The notes under the pieces are model-generated. The model worked only from the letters and a program-made list of their open reading frames with translations. It ran no database searches and was not told the origin of the DNA. A stretch of 64,000 nucleotides of DNA from a virus. Lineage: Duplodnaviria; Caudoviricetes. Of the stretch, positions 27,620 to 37,992 are shown one piece after another (within the stretch, counting starts at the first letter, position 1; each line of letters begins with the position of its first letter). The position numbers and the translations under genes are program-made. The DNA is taken from the IMG/VR virus record IMGVR_UViG_3300028832_000096; one strand, 5' to 3'.

Positions 27620-28465
27620 TTAGCTTCTATCAAAAATTTCAGGATGGTCTGCAAGCATTTTCTCTAAATCAATTATGTTGATTCCATCCATGTATTCGTC
27701 TAAATCAAAATTAGTTATGTCGTATACATCAACATAGTCCCAATCATATCCGCCCTTAGGTGTATGTGCAAAACCTTTAAATCTAGGATATTTATTGTAT
27801 CTGGATTCATAAACTAAGTATATAGTATCAACTGTTTCAGTAAATCCGTTACTAAATTCTACTTCGGTATCTGCCTGGATATAAGTATCTTCATCAATGT
27901 CTTCGTTGTTGTGAAATGCTTCAAGGACTTTATCACATCTACTACCTGTAGATGCTTCTATGTTTGTAGCACCTTCAACAGCTCCTCCACAACAATCTAT
28001 GTACTGCTTAGAGATGTCCTCAAGTAAAGTAGGAACGTATTTCTGAAGGTCACTCGGTCTCTTAATTTTCCTGAAATCTATTGTAGTGTATGATGTAGAT
28101 TCCATATCTCCTGCGATATCAAAATCAACTTCGAGTTTGTTTCCATCGATATAGCATCTTAAATTAACAATTTCATCAGGCTGTAAGTCAAATGTTTCAC
28201 GAATCTTTTCTTCTAACGGAATTTCAATAAACTCAATTTCGTCATCTCTTGTAAAGAACTGGTCATCATCGTATCCAAACATGCCCTCGTCAGCAGTTAT
28301 CTTTGTAGATGATTCAATGCCGTCAATCTTTCTGTAATTCTGTTGCCTTACTGCATTCTTTGCGAATTCAATAGCTTCCTCAATCTCTTCTTGCGGAATA
28401 CTAGATATCGTATCAGAATTCAAAAGTAAAACGTCTAAGATGCCAACTACTTTTTCAGGTGTCAT
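27620..28465 (-). CDS. multidomain acidic protein (possible polyprotein)
   Basis: Linkers IESSTKITAD and VEGATNIEAS. Confidence 0.7.
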   Translation of the reverse strand: MTPEKVVGILDVLLLNSDTISSIPQEEIEEAIEFAKNAVRQQNYRKIDGIESSTKITADEGMFGYDDDQFFTRDDEIEFIEIPLEEKIRETFDLQPDEIVNLRCYIDGNKLEVDFDIAGDMESTSYTTIDFRKIKRPSDLQKYVPTLLEDISKQYIDCCGGAVEGATNIEASTGSRCDKVLEAFHNNEDIDEDTYIQADTEVEFSNGFTETVDTIYLVYESRYNKYPRFKGFAHTPKGGYDWDYVDVYDITNFDLDEYMDGINIIDLEKMLADHPEIFDRS

Positions 28466-28478
28466 TTTAATATCTCCT

Positions 28479-30125
28479 TTATGTTGTCCAAAGGTTCCAA
28501 ACTTCTTCAGGATACTGAGAAGGATATAAGTACCTTAAACCGTTAAGTTGTTCCAAACCGCCAAGCTGTATCTTCCAAATAATCTGTGCAACCTGATTGG
28601 TTCCAATACGAATTATGTTTTTCTGAACAGCCTCTCTGTTCTCCGGATTGGTCATGTCTTTCCAAGTACCTGCATTATCACCAGAACGATATATGATAAG
28701 TACTTCTGCATCCTTTGTAGGAATATATCCATTACTAAAGACAATTGTTGTTTTTTCAGAAGTTGCTTTAAATGAATATGCAGCATCAGGAATTACATTT
28801 AAGTTAGTATAGTTTATAACAATAGAAGATTCGTCAGCAGGAGCTGTTGCAAATACTATGTTACTACCATCTATAGTATAATCAGAGGTTTCTACATTGT
28901 CTATTTTAACAGATGTAATGATATCAGCGGTTCTAAGCAATTTAAACGATGTAGTATCACCGTCACCTTGTTCGATTTGAGATGTTTCATTACAAGTAAT
29001 GGAATCTATGGATAATATCACTGCATCAAGTTCATATGTAGACTCACCAGTAGCAGTAAATATTGTTTCTGCACCTAAGATATCTACTTGGTCGTCTGTA
29101 GGCATTATTCTATAACCTGCAAGCAGTCCGTTGTCACCGCTGTTATTGTAATAAGGCTTAGACCATAATCCTGCTTCTGTTATATAGACGTAATCTCTAT
29201 CGTACTCCCACTGTTGTGTTAAGTCGTTGAAATGACGCCCTCTGAACTGTGCTAATGCACCTGTGGATATCATTGCACTGTAAATAACATCAAGTGTGTT
29301 AGGAATTTCAGATTCTACTTCAGGAATAATTCGCCTATAGGTAATCTGGCTTCTTGCAACATCTTCAGCAATAAGTTCGCAATTGATAGCATCTGTTCCA
29401 TCTACTGCGTAGATTACTGCGATTCGGCTACCTTCCGTCATCGTCGCTGTAATTGTTAATTCGTATTGATTATTATCATTGTAACCTAACGAATATTCAT
29501 TTACAGATAATACTTGACGAACAACTGAAGTGTTTTCGATATCTTGATTTACTACGCCGTCAGGGTAAACTGTAACAGAGATGATACTATCTTTATCTCC
29601 TGTAATCGGAACACCGGTCAGAATGTATTGGTCGCCTGCAGTAAAGAAGTCCTGTGATAACTTTGCCGGTTTGTCTTTGTAAGGTTGTCCTAATCCAAAC
29701 CATTCACGGTCGTTGTTACTATAAGCGTCATAACCGTCAGCGCCAAAACCGGGAGCTTGATTGATGTATTCAGAATAGCGTAATCGCGCATTAAGCTCTT
29801 TCTCTTGTGCAGTTGCATTCGCAGGAGCTATCGGAGTGTAACCAATTCCTACAGGAAGATAATCTTCAGCATCTTGTGAAGTTAAACCCATTGTGCCTAC
29901 GGAAATATACTGAGGTACCCACATAGATAAAGTGTCCTGAGATTGATTCAGAACACCATCACCAAGTAAGTAGTGAGCAATACCTGTGAGCAATGAGTTA
30001 GTAGCAGCATTATGTCCGACATGTTCTTGGACTACCTTATTGGTAGCCTCATCGATTACTCGAATCGTAACATTCTGCTTTACATCAAGTCTTTTTATTA
30101 TGTCTAATGGGTTTGTGTTATCCAT
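28479..30125 (-). CDS. baseplate/tail-fibre attachment protein
   Basis: HNAATNSLL...ITEAGLWS...IIWKI framework with Ig-like insertions (GDGDTTSF...IVFATAPA). Confidence 0.6.
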   Translation of the reverse strand: MDNTNPLDIIKRLDVKQNVTIRVIDEATNKVVQEHVGHNAATNSLLTGIAHYLLGDGVLNQSQDTLSMWVPQYISVGTMGLTSQDAEDYLPVGIGYTPIAPANATAQEKELNARLRYSEYINQAPGFGADGYDAYSNNDREWFGLGQPYKDKPAKLSQDFFTAGDQYILTGVPITGDKDSIISVTVYPDGVVNQDIENTSVVRQVLSVNEYSLGYNDNNQYELTITATMTEGSRIAVIYAVDGTDAINCELIAEDVARSQITYRRIIPEVESEIPNTLDVIYSAMISTGALAQFRGRHFNDLTQQWEYDRDYVYITEAGLWSKPYYNNSGDNGLLAGYRIMPTDDQVDILGAETIFTATGESTYELDAVILSIDSITCNETSQIEQGDGDTTSFKLLRTADIITSVKIDNVETSDYTIDGSNIVFATAPADESSIVINYTNLNVIPDAAYSFKATSEKTTIVFSNGYIPTKDAEVLIIYRSGDNAGTWKDMTNPENREAVQKNIIRIGTNQVAQIIWKIQLGGLEQLNGLRYLYPSQYPEEVWNLWTT

Positions 30126-30175
30126 AATTAAACTTCTTCGTAATCTACTCCAAAATTATTTAAAGGTGGAAATTA

Positions 30176-30484
30176 TCACCATAAAGGTCTTCCAGGATAC
30201 TTTTCCCTGTATTCTTCCCAACCTTCACGCCACTTATTATATGCTTCGTCTGGTGATTTATAGATACGGCTCGGTTTAATCATTCCTACCTCATTATCAT
30301 AATCTTCTAACGAAACGAGAACTCTGCCATCCTTAAACCCGACTACTGTCCCCCAACTAGAACCGTTTTCTAGGTCGCCTTCACAATATACATAATCGCC
30401 AATTTTCCATTTGAAAGATAATGCAGTATCTTCCGAGCTTGCCCTTATATAACCCTGAGGATATTTAGTAAATGTTCTCTTCAT
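30176..30484 (-). CDS. leader-bearing small protein (SH3/KOW-like)
   Basis: MKRTFTKYPQGYIRAS, then WKIGDYV...WGTVVG. Confidence 0.75.
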   Translation of the reverse strand: MKRTFTKYPQGYIRASSEDTALSFKWKIGDYVYCEGDLENGSSWGTVVGFKDGRVLVSLEDYDNEVGMIKPSRIYKSPDEAYNKWREGWEEYREKYPGRPLW

Positions 30485-30498
30485 AAGCAACTCCTTTA

Positions 30499-30810
30499 TT
30501 ACCTGTATCTACTGCGCACAAAATAAGATATGCCTTGTGTAGTTTCGGGTACATAATATTCATCAAACTGAAACTGTGACATGTGTGCAAACTGAACAAC
30601 TATCTTTTCAGGGTTGTAACCAAGAACTCTCGCTAAGTCTTCGCCGATTTCGCGAGCTTCGTCTTTAGAGTCTGCTTCTACATACACATTATATAAAGGA
30701 ATCAAATCACTTATCATCCTGTAGAAACTAATATGCCACACATTCGCTTCTTTATTTTGATAATCAGATGCTAATATTGATGAAGGATACTTTGTAAATG
30801 TTCTTTTCAT
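30499..30810 (-). CDS. leader-bearing small protein
   Basis: Starts MKRTFTKYPSSILAS. Confidence 0.75.
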   Translation of the reverse strand: MKRTFTKYPSSILASDYQNKEANVWHISFYRMISDLIPLYNVYVEADSKDEAREIGEDLARVLGYNPEKIVVQFAHMSQFQFDEYYVPETTQGISYFVRSRYR

Positions 30811-30815
30811 AAAAT

Positions 30816-31031
30816 TTACCTCATTCTACTAAGTATTTCATCATGTAAAATTTCTTTAGCTTGTTCGTCGTTACTTCCTATGGCAATAAGAAGAACATAT
30901 TGGTCTAACAATTCTCTATTGCTTTTAGATTTAGCAGCCTCTTTACGAGATAATCTAGTGAATTGTTCTTGTTCTCCGATATCATATGAAGCAGATATAT
31001 TGCTTGGATACTTTGTAAATTTTCTTTTCAT
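30816..31031 (-). CDS. leader-bearing small protein
   Basis: Start corrected to MKRKFTKYPSNISAS (AAGGAG RBS). Confidence 0.75.
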   Translation of the reverse strand: MKRKFTKYPSNISASYDIGEQEQFTRLSRKEAAKSKSNRELLDQYVLLIAIGSNDEQAKEILHDEILSRMR

Positions 31032-31078
31032 AGGGGTAATCTCCTTAATAATTATCATAACTATACAAGGTTTAACAG

Positions 31079-31327
31079 TTAAGGTATTTCTGATTCATCA
31101 GATTCTTCATCATGAACTGTATGTTTTGTTGTTCTGAATGAATTAACTGCATTTACTGAAACTATATAAGTATCCGGTTCAATTTCTTTATCCTCTTTGG
31201 GAGTATCTTGATTATCAATACGTCTATGAAGGTTAGGATTAGTGATACCATTAGCATCTTTCTCTAAATCTTGCTCTGTTGCTAACTTAGCTTCGCCTTG
31301 AGCGGTTTGTGGATAATTTTCTAGCAT
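31079..31327 (-). CDS. hypothetical protein
   Basis: 82-aa ORF with AAGGAGG RBS. Confidence 0.6.
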   Translation of the reverse strand: MLENYPQTAQGEAKLATEQDLEKDANGITNPNLHRRIDNQDTPKEDKEIEPDTYIVSVNAVNSFRTTKHTVHDEESDESEIP

Positions 31328-31369
31328 AAATAGCCTCCTTCTTCATTTTCATTATATCAACACATTGAG

Positions 31370-32131
31370 TTATGTCGAAGATTTAGTGTATCGGAATGTT
31401 ATGTATGCGGCATAATTTGTCCAAGCTGCGAAAGTTACTATTCTAAAACTACCATCCTGCATATCAATCCTTATATCGTTAGAACCTCCTCCAGCAAATG
31501 GTATCGGTCTGTAATAGCCATCGCTAACGGTATTATAAGCAAATCCAAACGCATCAATTAACATACTAACATTAGCGGGCGTGGTAATGGTTGCAGTACC
31601 ATTAGGCAATTGAGGAACATAAATAGTTTTATCATATATCGTACTTCCATCTATCCAAGTACCGACTACCTTCTCATCTGTCGAGTAATGAACAGCAGGA
31701 ACTCCCTGAGGAGTCCATTGTCCACTACCTGCTCGGTCTGTGGTTTTGGTATATTGAATAGTTATATACCAATCTACTAATCTTGTGCCGAAAGCATTAG
31801 GATTTATAATGTTAATAACAGTATCATTAGTATAATTTATACCTAAATTGTTACCATCGCTTGCAATTCTTGGAATCGTCCAAATAGCCGCCCATTGTGG
31901 GTCGGTATCTTTTACTGTTCCTGAATAACTTATCACTCTATCAATGTTTGATATATTATGAGTTATATTAAAATTTCCTTGTACTCCGCCTGCACTGTAA
32001 AGTGTTTTTTCATATACAGGTTTTCCATCAGTCCAAACACCAATCTCCCTTTCCTCTTCTGCATAGATAACAGGTTGAATTGCAATTGTACTATCACTAT
32101 ATATAATTCCGTTTTTAATTATTCTACCCAT
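31370..32131 (-). CDS. free-standing tail-fibre tip paralogue
   Basis: Two GxWxDGKxxYEKT...YTK domains collinear with the C-terminus of the 32143 protein. Confidence 0.75.
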   Translation of the reverse strand: MGRIIKNGIIYSDSTIAIQPVIYAEEEREIGVWTDGKPVYEKTLYSAGGVQGNFNITHNISNIDRVISYSGTVKDTDPQWAAIWTIPRIASDGNNLGINYTNDTVINIINPNAFGTRLVDWYITIQYTKTTDRAGSGQWTPQGVPAVHYSTDEKVVGTWIDGSTIYDKTIYVPQLPNGTATITTPANVSMLIDAFGFAYNTVSDGYYRPIPFAGGGSNDIRIDMQDGSFRIVTFAAWTNYAAYITFRYTKSST

Positions 32132-32142
32132 AGTGTTTCTCC

Positions 32143-35100
32143 TTATGACGAAGATTTTGTGTAACGAATGGTTATATATACATCAACAATTTGAGCATCC
32201 CAATTGTTCATGTAAATAACACTTGTGTTATCCACCATAAAGAATGAACCATTTGTAGAGCCCGGTCTATAAAAGTTAAAGGAAACGTGTCTGTTTGTCG
32301 ATGATGATGAAAGCCTGCCTGTTGCAGTAAAATCAATCAGTCTGTCAAAATTCTGAATATTGTGAGCAACAGAATGGTCAGAGGAGTCAACAGTCAACGC
32401 ACCAACATATACAGTCTTTTCATAAATGGTCTTTCCATCAACCCAAGTGCCTACTATCTGCTCGTCTGTTGAGTAGTGAACCGCAGGAACACCTTGGGGT
32501 GTCCAAGTTCCACTTCCCGCTTGGTCTGCTGTCTTGGTGTAACGAACAGTAACATAAAAATATCTTGCAGTTCTTGTTTGATTAACAAGTGTTAAAGCAC
32601 CACTTAAAACATCAGAGTTTAAACTAATGTTATTTGCAACGTTAGTAGATGACATATAATATGGTGACATATAACGACCGCTTGTATATTCAAAAAAGCA
32701 GGATTGAATAAATGCTATATCAATACCACTTGCGAATACTGTATAAACCTCATCTGCATCGAATGTTCTTGCTATTGTTTTTTCATAAAGAGGCTTTCCG
32801 TCTTTCCAAACACCGATTTCCCTTTCCTCTTCTGAATAGATAACAGGCTGAAAATCCTGCCCATCTCCATTTATATCAGAAATAAAATAAATTGTGCCGT
32901 TGTTCTTTTCAACATCAGTCAAAGCCTGATATTCTGCCCAAGTGAGTGTTTTAGTAATGTTCTCAAAGGCGTCTTGAACATTATCAGCTTCAAACTCCAC
33001 ATCAGTGTCATCAAATGCTACATCTTCTGCATCAGGAGTACTTACAGAGCTATTTATCCATTCCTGACTACTTGAATCATATGTTAGTACTTGACCATTT
33101 GATGGAGTATTAATAGATACATTAGTCAAGTTATCTAACGATGGAGTAGTAGGTATCGTTTCATTTGCATTGACCCATTCACCAGAAGTACTATCATATT
33201 TAAGTACCTGTCCGTTTGTAGGTGTTGTTAATGATACATCTGTAAGGCCTGCAAGAGTAGAGGAACCGCTAGGAACTGCGGCGTTTTCCCAATCAGAACC
33301 GTTGTATGTAAGAACTTGACCGCTAGTTGCAGAAGTTATTGTTACATCGCTTAATCCTGCAAGAGTAGAACTGCCACCACCTGTAGGTGCATACAAATCT
33401 GTTGAAGTACTGTCAATAGTTACTGTTGCAATCTTTGTTCCTGTAGATTGAATTTGTGTAACTGAAACACTAGGAATTTCATCAACTATTTCGTTTATAG
33501 CTGCTCCAAGAGTCTGTGCAACTGTATCAAGTGCAACTCCTGTCCCAACGTCACCTGCTACATCAAGATTACCTGACCAATCTACAGTAAGGGCATTAGA
33601 CCTAGTAATTTCATTATTAGCATCTTTTGTACCATTACCGATTATAAATGCTTTGGTATCGTCATCCTCATTATATTTACCTTCGACATGCTGATAATCT
33701 CCAGTAGAAATATTACCTAAACCTTCTACGTGTGAACTATGGGGAGTAGGAATAGGCTCCCACATGGCCTGAATACTAGTATTTGAAGCAACTTTAGCAA
33801 CTGAGACTCCACTATATAATTCCTGGTCTGCTCTTATTAAGTAATATCCAGAATAAGTACCAGACTTAAATGGAGATAATAAATCTGAAATTCTTGTCCA
33901 TCCACTACCATTTAACGGTGGAGGCGCATCTTGCGCCGAAATAGCAGAAGTACAATAAAAATATCCGGTACCTTTTTGGTCACTAAAATATACTACTGAA
34001 TCCGCAGGATAGTTAGTAGAAGAACTCCATGAAGAACCAGTAATAAACACTATGCCATTTCCTTCTTGGATTTGACCTGGCGCAGTTATACACTTATAAA
34101 GATAAGCCGAAGTACTTTCATTAAAATTAACATAATTAGCATTTGGTCCTACAATATCGCCTACATTATAATTAGTTCCATAATCAAATTGAGAGATACT
34201 TGTTAAGCTACCGATTAAGTTGTCGCTTCCTTCAGCATGAACAGCAAAACCAGCAATACTATTATGTTTACCCTCAACGTGAGAACCAATACCATAAACA
34301 GCATTACCACCGCCCTCACTATGGTTTTTAGGTCCATGAGCTCGGTTACCTGCGCCTTCACCATGAGATTCTTCTCCTGAGATGGTATTACCACTTCCTT
34401 CGATATGTCCTTGAGGACTGTAGTTTTCGTTACCACCACCTTCGGTATGGGTGTTAAAAGCAGAACCAAATGATATATTTCCGCCACCTTCAATATGTCC
34501 ATAATTAGCAAGAATTATGTTACCTGCACCTTCTGCGTGAGTAAATACACCGAAAGTTCCTACGCCTGCGCCCTCTACGTGAGAATAACTATTAAAAGCT
34601 TTAGTTCCTGCACCCTCACTATGAGACCAGGAACCATAAGCACGTGTTCCTCCGCCTTCTGCATGAGATTCTTGACCAGAGGCAATAGAGCCACCACCTT
34701 CCGCATGCGAATTATTCCCAGAAGCCTGAGTACCATTACCTTCTGCATGAGAACCTATAGCAGTAGCTCGTGTACTATTATATCCTTCGGCATGAGAGTA
34801 CATACCACTTGCAAGTGTGTTTGCGCCTTCGGAATGAGCAAAAGAATTAGACGCGGTTGACCGTCCCTCTGCATGAGAACCTTGACCGGTTGCTACGCTA
34901 CGATAAGTCGAATCTCCATATCCTTCGGCATGAGAACCTTGACCAGCTGCTATAGAGTATTCACCCTCAGCATGAGCTGATGAGGCATTAGCTTCTGTAT
35001 AGTGTCCTTCGGCATGAGAATTACCGCCACTTGCTTTAGTATCCATGCCTTCAGCATGAGAGGTACCGCCACTTGCAACAGAATAATAGCCCTCTGCGTG

Positions 35101-37086
35101 GTCTTGCCCTGATAAGGCTTGCGTCTTCCAGCCCTCTGCGTGAGTTGTCGTTCCGCTTGCGATACTACCGTATCCTTCTGCGTGGGCACGATACCCTGAA
35201 GCCGTTGTTTCCCTACCTTCAGCATGCGAATTAGGACCTTGAGCGAGTGTGCTATAACCTTCGGCATGAGAACGCTCACCCATCGCTTTGTTGTAGGCAC
35301 CTTCTACATGTGAATACGCTCCACCGGCGATATTATCCATACCTTCGGCATGAGATTTTTCAGACAGCGTTTGATTCTGCCCGCCTTCTACATGGGAGGC
35401 CGAACCATAAGCGATGTTATCAATACCTTCGACATGGGCATAAGAACCATTAGCCGTATTGCTAAATCCTTCTGAGTGAGATGCAGTGCCGTAGGCCCTG
35501 GCTCCATAACCTTCGGCATGAGCATTATCACCGAGGGCTATATTGTGTTCATAATCATTAAAGATTTCACCACGAGGACTAATAGGGTTGCTTACTTCAA
35601 TATAAGTGTAAGCTCGGTCATCATCAGGCGGAGTCGGTGCATACTCATTGATAACATAGTAGAAGTAGCCGCGGTCATCGTAGGAATCTACCGAGCCGTC
35701 TTTGGCGTACATGACTTGTACTATGTGTTCACCGGACGAACACTCAAATGTTACGGCCGTATAATTAGTTTCACCGCTCAACCTGCTCTTATAGCTATAC
35801 CTCGATACATCAGTATCTAAATTTCCGACATAAGCCCAGTCATAACCGGATTCACTACTTGACCTGAAATAGATAGTAAACGAAGTTATACCTGCAATTT
35901 TCAAAGTACAGATAGATGAGCCATTACTGATATGCCATGAGCCAGCATCTGACTTATAGACAGTGTGACCATCTACAGTCGTCCCGGTGTCAACCCACTG
36001 ACCGTTTTTGAGGTCAAGAGTAACGCCTTGGGCCATCGGCTCCTTGTGATACATGACTTGAACAAAGCTCTCGCCGCCCTCACTGTAATAAGTGCGACTG
36101 ATATAGCCCGAATCCGACCTATCCTGACAGCTATAGTCATAATATCCAGTATCTAAATTGATTTCTGAATTTTGATAGCCGAAAACCACATAACGGAACC
36201 CGGATGTTTCCGGATTCTGTTTTACATAAATAGTATATTGACCATAACCGCCTACCTTATAAGTACAGATAGAATTACCGGACGACATCATGTAGGTTCC
36301 AGCATCTGACTGATAGACAGTATGGCCTTCTTCAGTAGTTCCGCTATCTACCCAACCGGGCCGCCAGTAGCCCTGATAGTCACCTGTATAATCAGCATCC
36401 CAGCCTTGGTAGGTATATGCCGGACTGAATCTACCAGCATCGGCATTAATAACAGAACCGGAACCTGTGAAATAGATACCAGCACCTGCACTATAATCGC
36501 CTCCGCCATCTCGATTGACCCACTTATTAGATTCACCATCGTATATTAAGGTCTGACCGTCAGTTGCATTTTCAATGTCAACATCAGTTAATTCATCTAA
36601 TGAAGTAGCAGCAGGTGTAGGTATTGCAGACAATACTCCGGTTGTACTATTTATTGTTAAACCTGAACCTACTTTAATTCCGCCTAATGTGCTATCTGAA
36701 GCAATAGGAAGAACATAAGGGTCACCGCCCGCAATTTTGTATATAGTATCTTTAATCTGGATATAATTTAGGTCAGGAGTATAAGCAGAAGCTCCTTGAC
36801 TCGTTACAATATAACCATCTTGTGAAACAATAGCGTAACCATCTTGAGAAGTTATTACATAAGAATCGCTAGCAGGAATTTCTGGATTAGGAATAACTCT
36901 AATCTCATTGATTGCATCGACTACTGTTTTGGCATCTGTTTTTAACTGTGGAAAGCGAACAGCAAGGTTCGCATACCTCAAGATAGTTGAGGTATAGTTT
37001 GTATTTCCTAACTGCTGTAAATCGGGTTGAGTTACTTTACCGCTATCATGCAGTGCAGGCAAAATTTCTTTCTTTGCGCGTGTCAA
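32143..37086 (-). CDS. long tail fibre/adhesin with 14-aa SHAEG beta-roll repeats
   Basis: About 30 HAEG/HVEG repeats (YadA-head-like), LTDV...GQVLxY linker repeats and two tip domains. Confidence 0.85.
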   Translation of the reverse strand: MTRAKKEILPALHDSGKVTQPDLQQLGNTNYTSTILRYANLAVRFPQLKTDAKTVVDAINEIRVIPNPEIPASDSYVITSQDGYAIVSQDGYIVTSQGASAYTPDLNYIQIKDTIYKIAGGDPYVLPIASDSTLGGIKVGSGLTINSTTGVLSAIPTPAATSLDELTDVDIENATDGQTLIYDGESNKWVNRDGGGDYSAGAGIYFTGSGSVINADAGRFSPAYTYQGWDADYTGDYQGYWRPGWVDSGTTEEGHTVYQSDAGTYMMSSGNSICTYKVGGYGQYTIYVKQNPETSGFRYVVFGYQNSEINLDTGYYDYSCQDRSDSGYISRTYYSEGGESFVQVMYHKEPMAQGVTLDLKNGQWVDTGTTVDGHTVYKSDAGSWHISNGSSICTLKIAGITSFTIYFRSSSESGYDWAYVGNLDTDVSRYSYKSRLSGETNYTAVTFECSSGEHIVQVMYAKDGSVDSYDDRGYFYYVINEYAPTPPDDDRAYTYIEVSNPISPRGEIFNDYEHNIALGDNAHAEGYGARAYGTASHSEGFSNTANGSYAHVEGIDNIAYGSASHVEGGQNQTLSEKSHAEGMDNIAGGAYSHVEGAYNKAMGERSHAEGYSTLAQGPNSHAEGRETTASGYRAHAEGYGSIASGTTTHAEGWKTQALSGQDHAEGYYSVASGGTSHAEGMDTKASGGNSHAEGHYTEANASSAHAEGEYSIAAGQGSHAEGYGDSTYRSVATGQGSHAEGRSTASNSFAHSEGANTLASGMYSHAEGYNSTRATAIGSHAEGNGTQASGNNSHAEGGGSIASGQESHAEGGGTRAYGSWSHSEGAGTKAFNSYSHVEGAGVGTFGVFTHAEGAGNIILANYGHIEGGGNISFGSAFNTHTEGGGNENYSPQGHIEGSGNTISGEESHGEGAGNRAHGPKNHSEGGGNAVYGIGSHVEGKHNSIAGFAVHAEGSDNLIGSLTSISQFDYGTNYNVGDIVGPNANYVNFNESTSAYLYKCITAPGQIQEGNGIVFITGSSWSSSTNYPADSVVYFSDQKGTGYFYCTSAISAQDAPPPLNGSGWTRISDLLSPFKSGTYSGYYLIRADQELYSGVSVAKVASNTSIQAMWEPIPTPHSSHVEGLGNISTGDYQHVEGKYNEDDDTKAFIIGNGTKDANNEITRSNALTVDWSGNLDVAGDVGTGVALDTVAQTLGAAINEIVDEIPSVSVTQIQSTGTKIATVTIDSTSTDLYAPTGGGSSTLAGLSDVTITSATSGQVLTYNGSDWENAAVPSGSSTLAGLTDVSLTTPTNGQVLKYDSTSGEWVNANETIPTTPSLDNLTNVSINTPSNGQVLTYDSSSQEWINSSVSTPDAEDVAFDDTDVEFEADNVQDAFENITKTLTWAEYQALTDVEKNNGTIYFISDINGDGQDFQPVIYSEEEREIGVWKDGKPLYEKTIARTFDADEVYTVFASGIDIAFIQSCFFEYTSGRYMSPYYMSSTNVANNISLNSDVLSGALTLVNQTRTARYFYVTVRYTKTADQAGSGTWTPQGVPAVHYSTDEQIVGTWVDGKTIYEKTVYVGALTVDSSDHSVAHNIQNFDRLIDFTATGRLSSSSTNRHVSFNFYRPGSTNGSFFMVDNTSVIYMNNWDAQIVDVYITIRYTKSSS

Positions 37087-37127
37087 GTTTAATCAAACCT
37101 CCTAAATTATAAAAGGTTGTAAAACAC

Positions 37128-37156
37128 AAATAAAGGCCGATATAGTATATCGGCCC
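37128..37156 (-). terminator. intrinsic terminator
   Basis: GGCCGATATA/TATATCGGCC hairpin followed by TTTATTT. Confidence 0.65.
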
Positions 37157-37180
37157 TGAATAAACCAAAGCATATTGTTA

Positions 37181-37981
37181 TTAGGTATTTTCAGCTACTT
37201 TTACCAATTGATTAGTGCCTACTGCTATATATTGCCCGTCGTCGAGAGCAAGGGTAGACCCTGCGGTAACTTCGGAACAATCATATAACGGGGTTAAATC
37301 AAACAACTTATCGGACAACACCCCGTTATTATCATATGCATAAACAGAGCTTTTAACGTAATCAAGGTATCCAGCAGGGGATTTATATGCGAATCTTGAT
37401 ACAAATTTACCTACGGCGGAATCATTTGCTCCGTAAAAAGGTAAAGCAGATATGTTAAATATAACACTTGGTATGTATTGCGTTGACTTTAATGCCCTTG
37501 CCCCAAACTGGTTAGTTCCATAAGTAGTATCGTGGGATTCAACTAAAATAGAATCGCATATAGGATACTCTCCCCAAGAAGGAGTGCCGTGTAAATTAAG
37601 CAAATAAAAGCCTTCCGTGGCAATATACGCTAAAGTTATAATCCTTGTAGCTGTGGCGGTATATGCCCACGTACCTCCCCAATTAAGTTCGACGGACCTG
37701 TACACATTTCCGTTGACAATGGCGAGTGCCGTAATAGTGCTAGCATTATTAGCGAGCGTCGCTCCTCTTTGTATCGTATAAAAATGCGTCCCGTTTGCAT
37801 ATATTCTAAAAGTTGGAGTATGGGAGGTAGTTACCGTTTCAACATCATACTCATCATCCACATCATCTGGGCAAGTAAGTGCCGCATCAATGCTTAATAT
37901 GCGGTTAATTAAAGCTCGCATAAATTCTTTTTCTATAACATTAGCTGGGCTAACATCAATACCTATTGCATATGAGGACAT
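37181..37981 (-). CDS. tail-associated protein, paralogue family B
   Basis: C-terminal F.Y...AG.LDY...CS.V shared with the 37993 and 39060 proteins. Confidence 0.65.
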   Translation of the reverse strand: MSSYAIGIDVSPANVIEKEFMRALINRILSIDAALTCPDDVDDEYDVETVTTSHTPTFRIYANGTHFYTIQRGATLANNASTITALAIVNGNVYRSVELNWGGTWAYTATATRIITLAYIATEGFYLLNLHGTPSWGEYPICDSILVESHDTTYGTNQFGARALKSTQYIPSVIFNISALPFYGANDSAVGKFVSRFAYKSPAGYLDYVKSSVYAYDNNGVLSDKLFDLTPLYDCSEVTAGSTLALDDGQYIAVGTNQLVKVAENT

Positions 37982-37992
37982 ATTATTCTCCT

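Noticed and set aside
31370-32860. Diversity-generating retroelement TR/VR pair
   Set aside because: Differences are not adenine-specific, both copies are coding, and no reverse transcriptase is in the window.
34215-36549. Antisense and alternate-frame ORFs over the tail fibre, MCP and tape measure
   Set aside because: These are shadow ORFs produced by the codon bias of the real genes.
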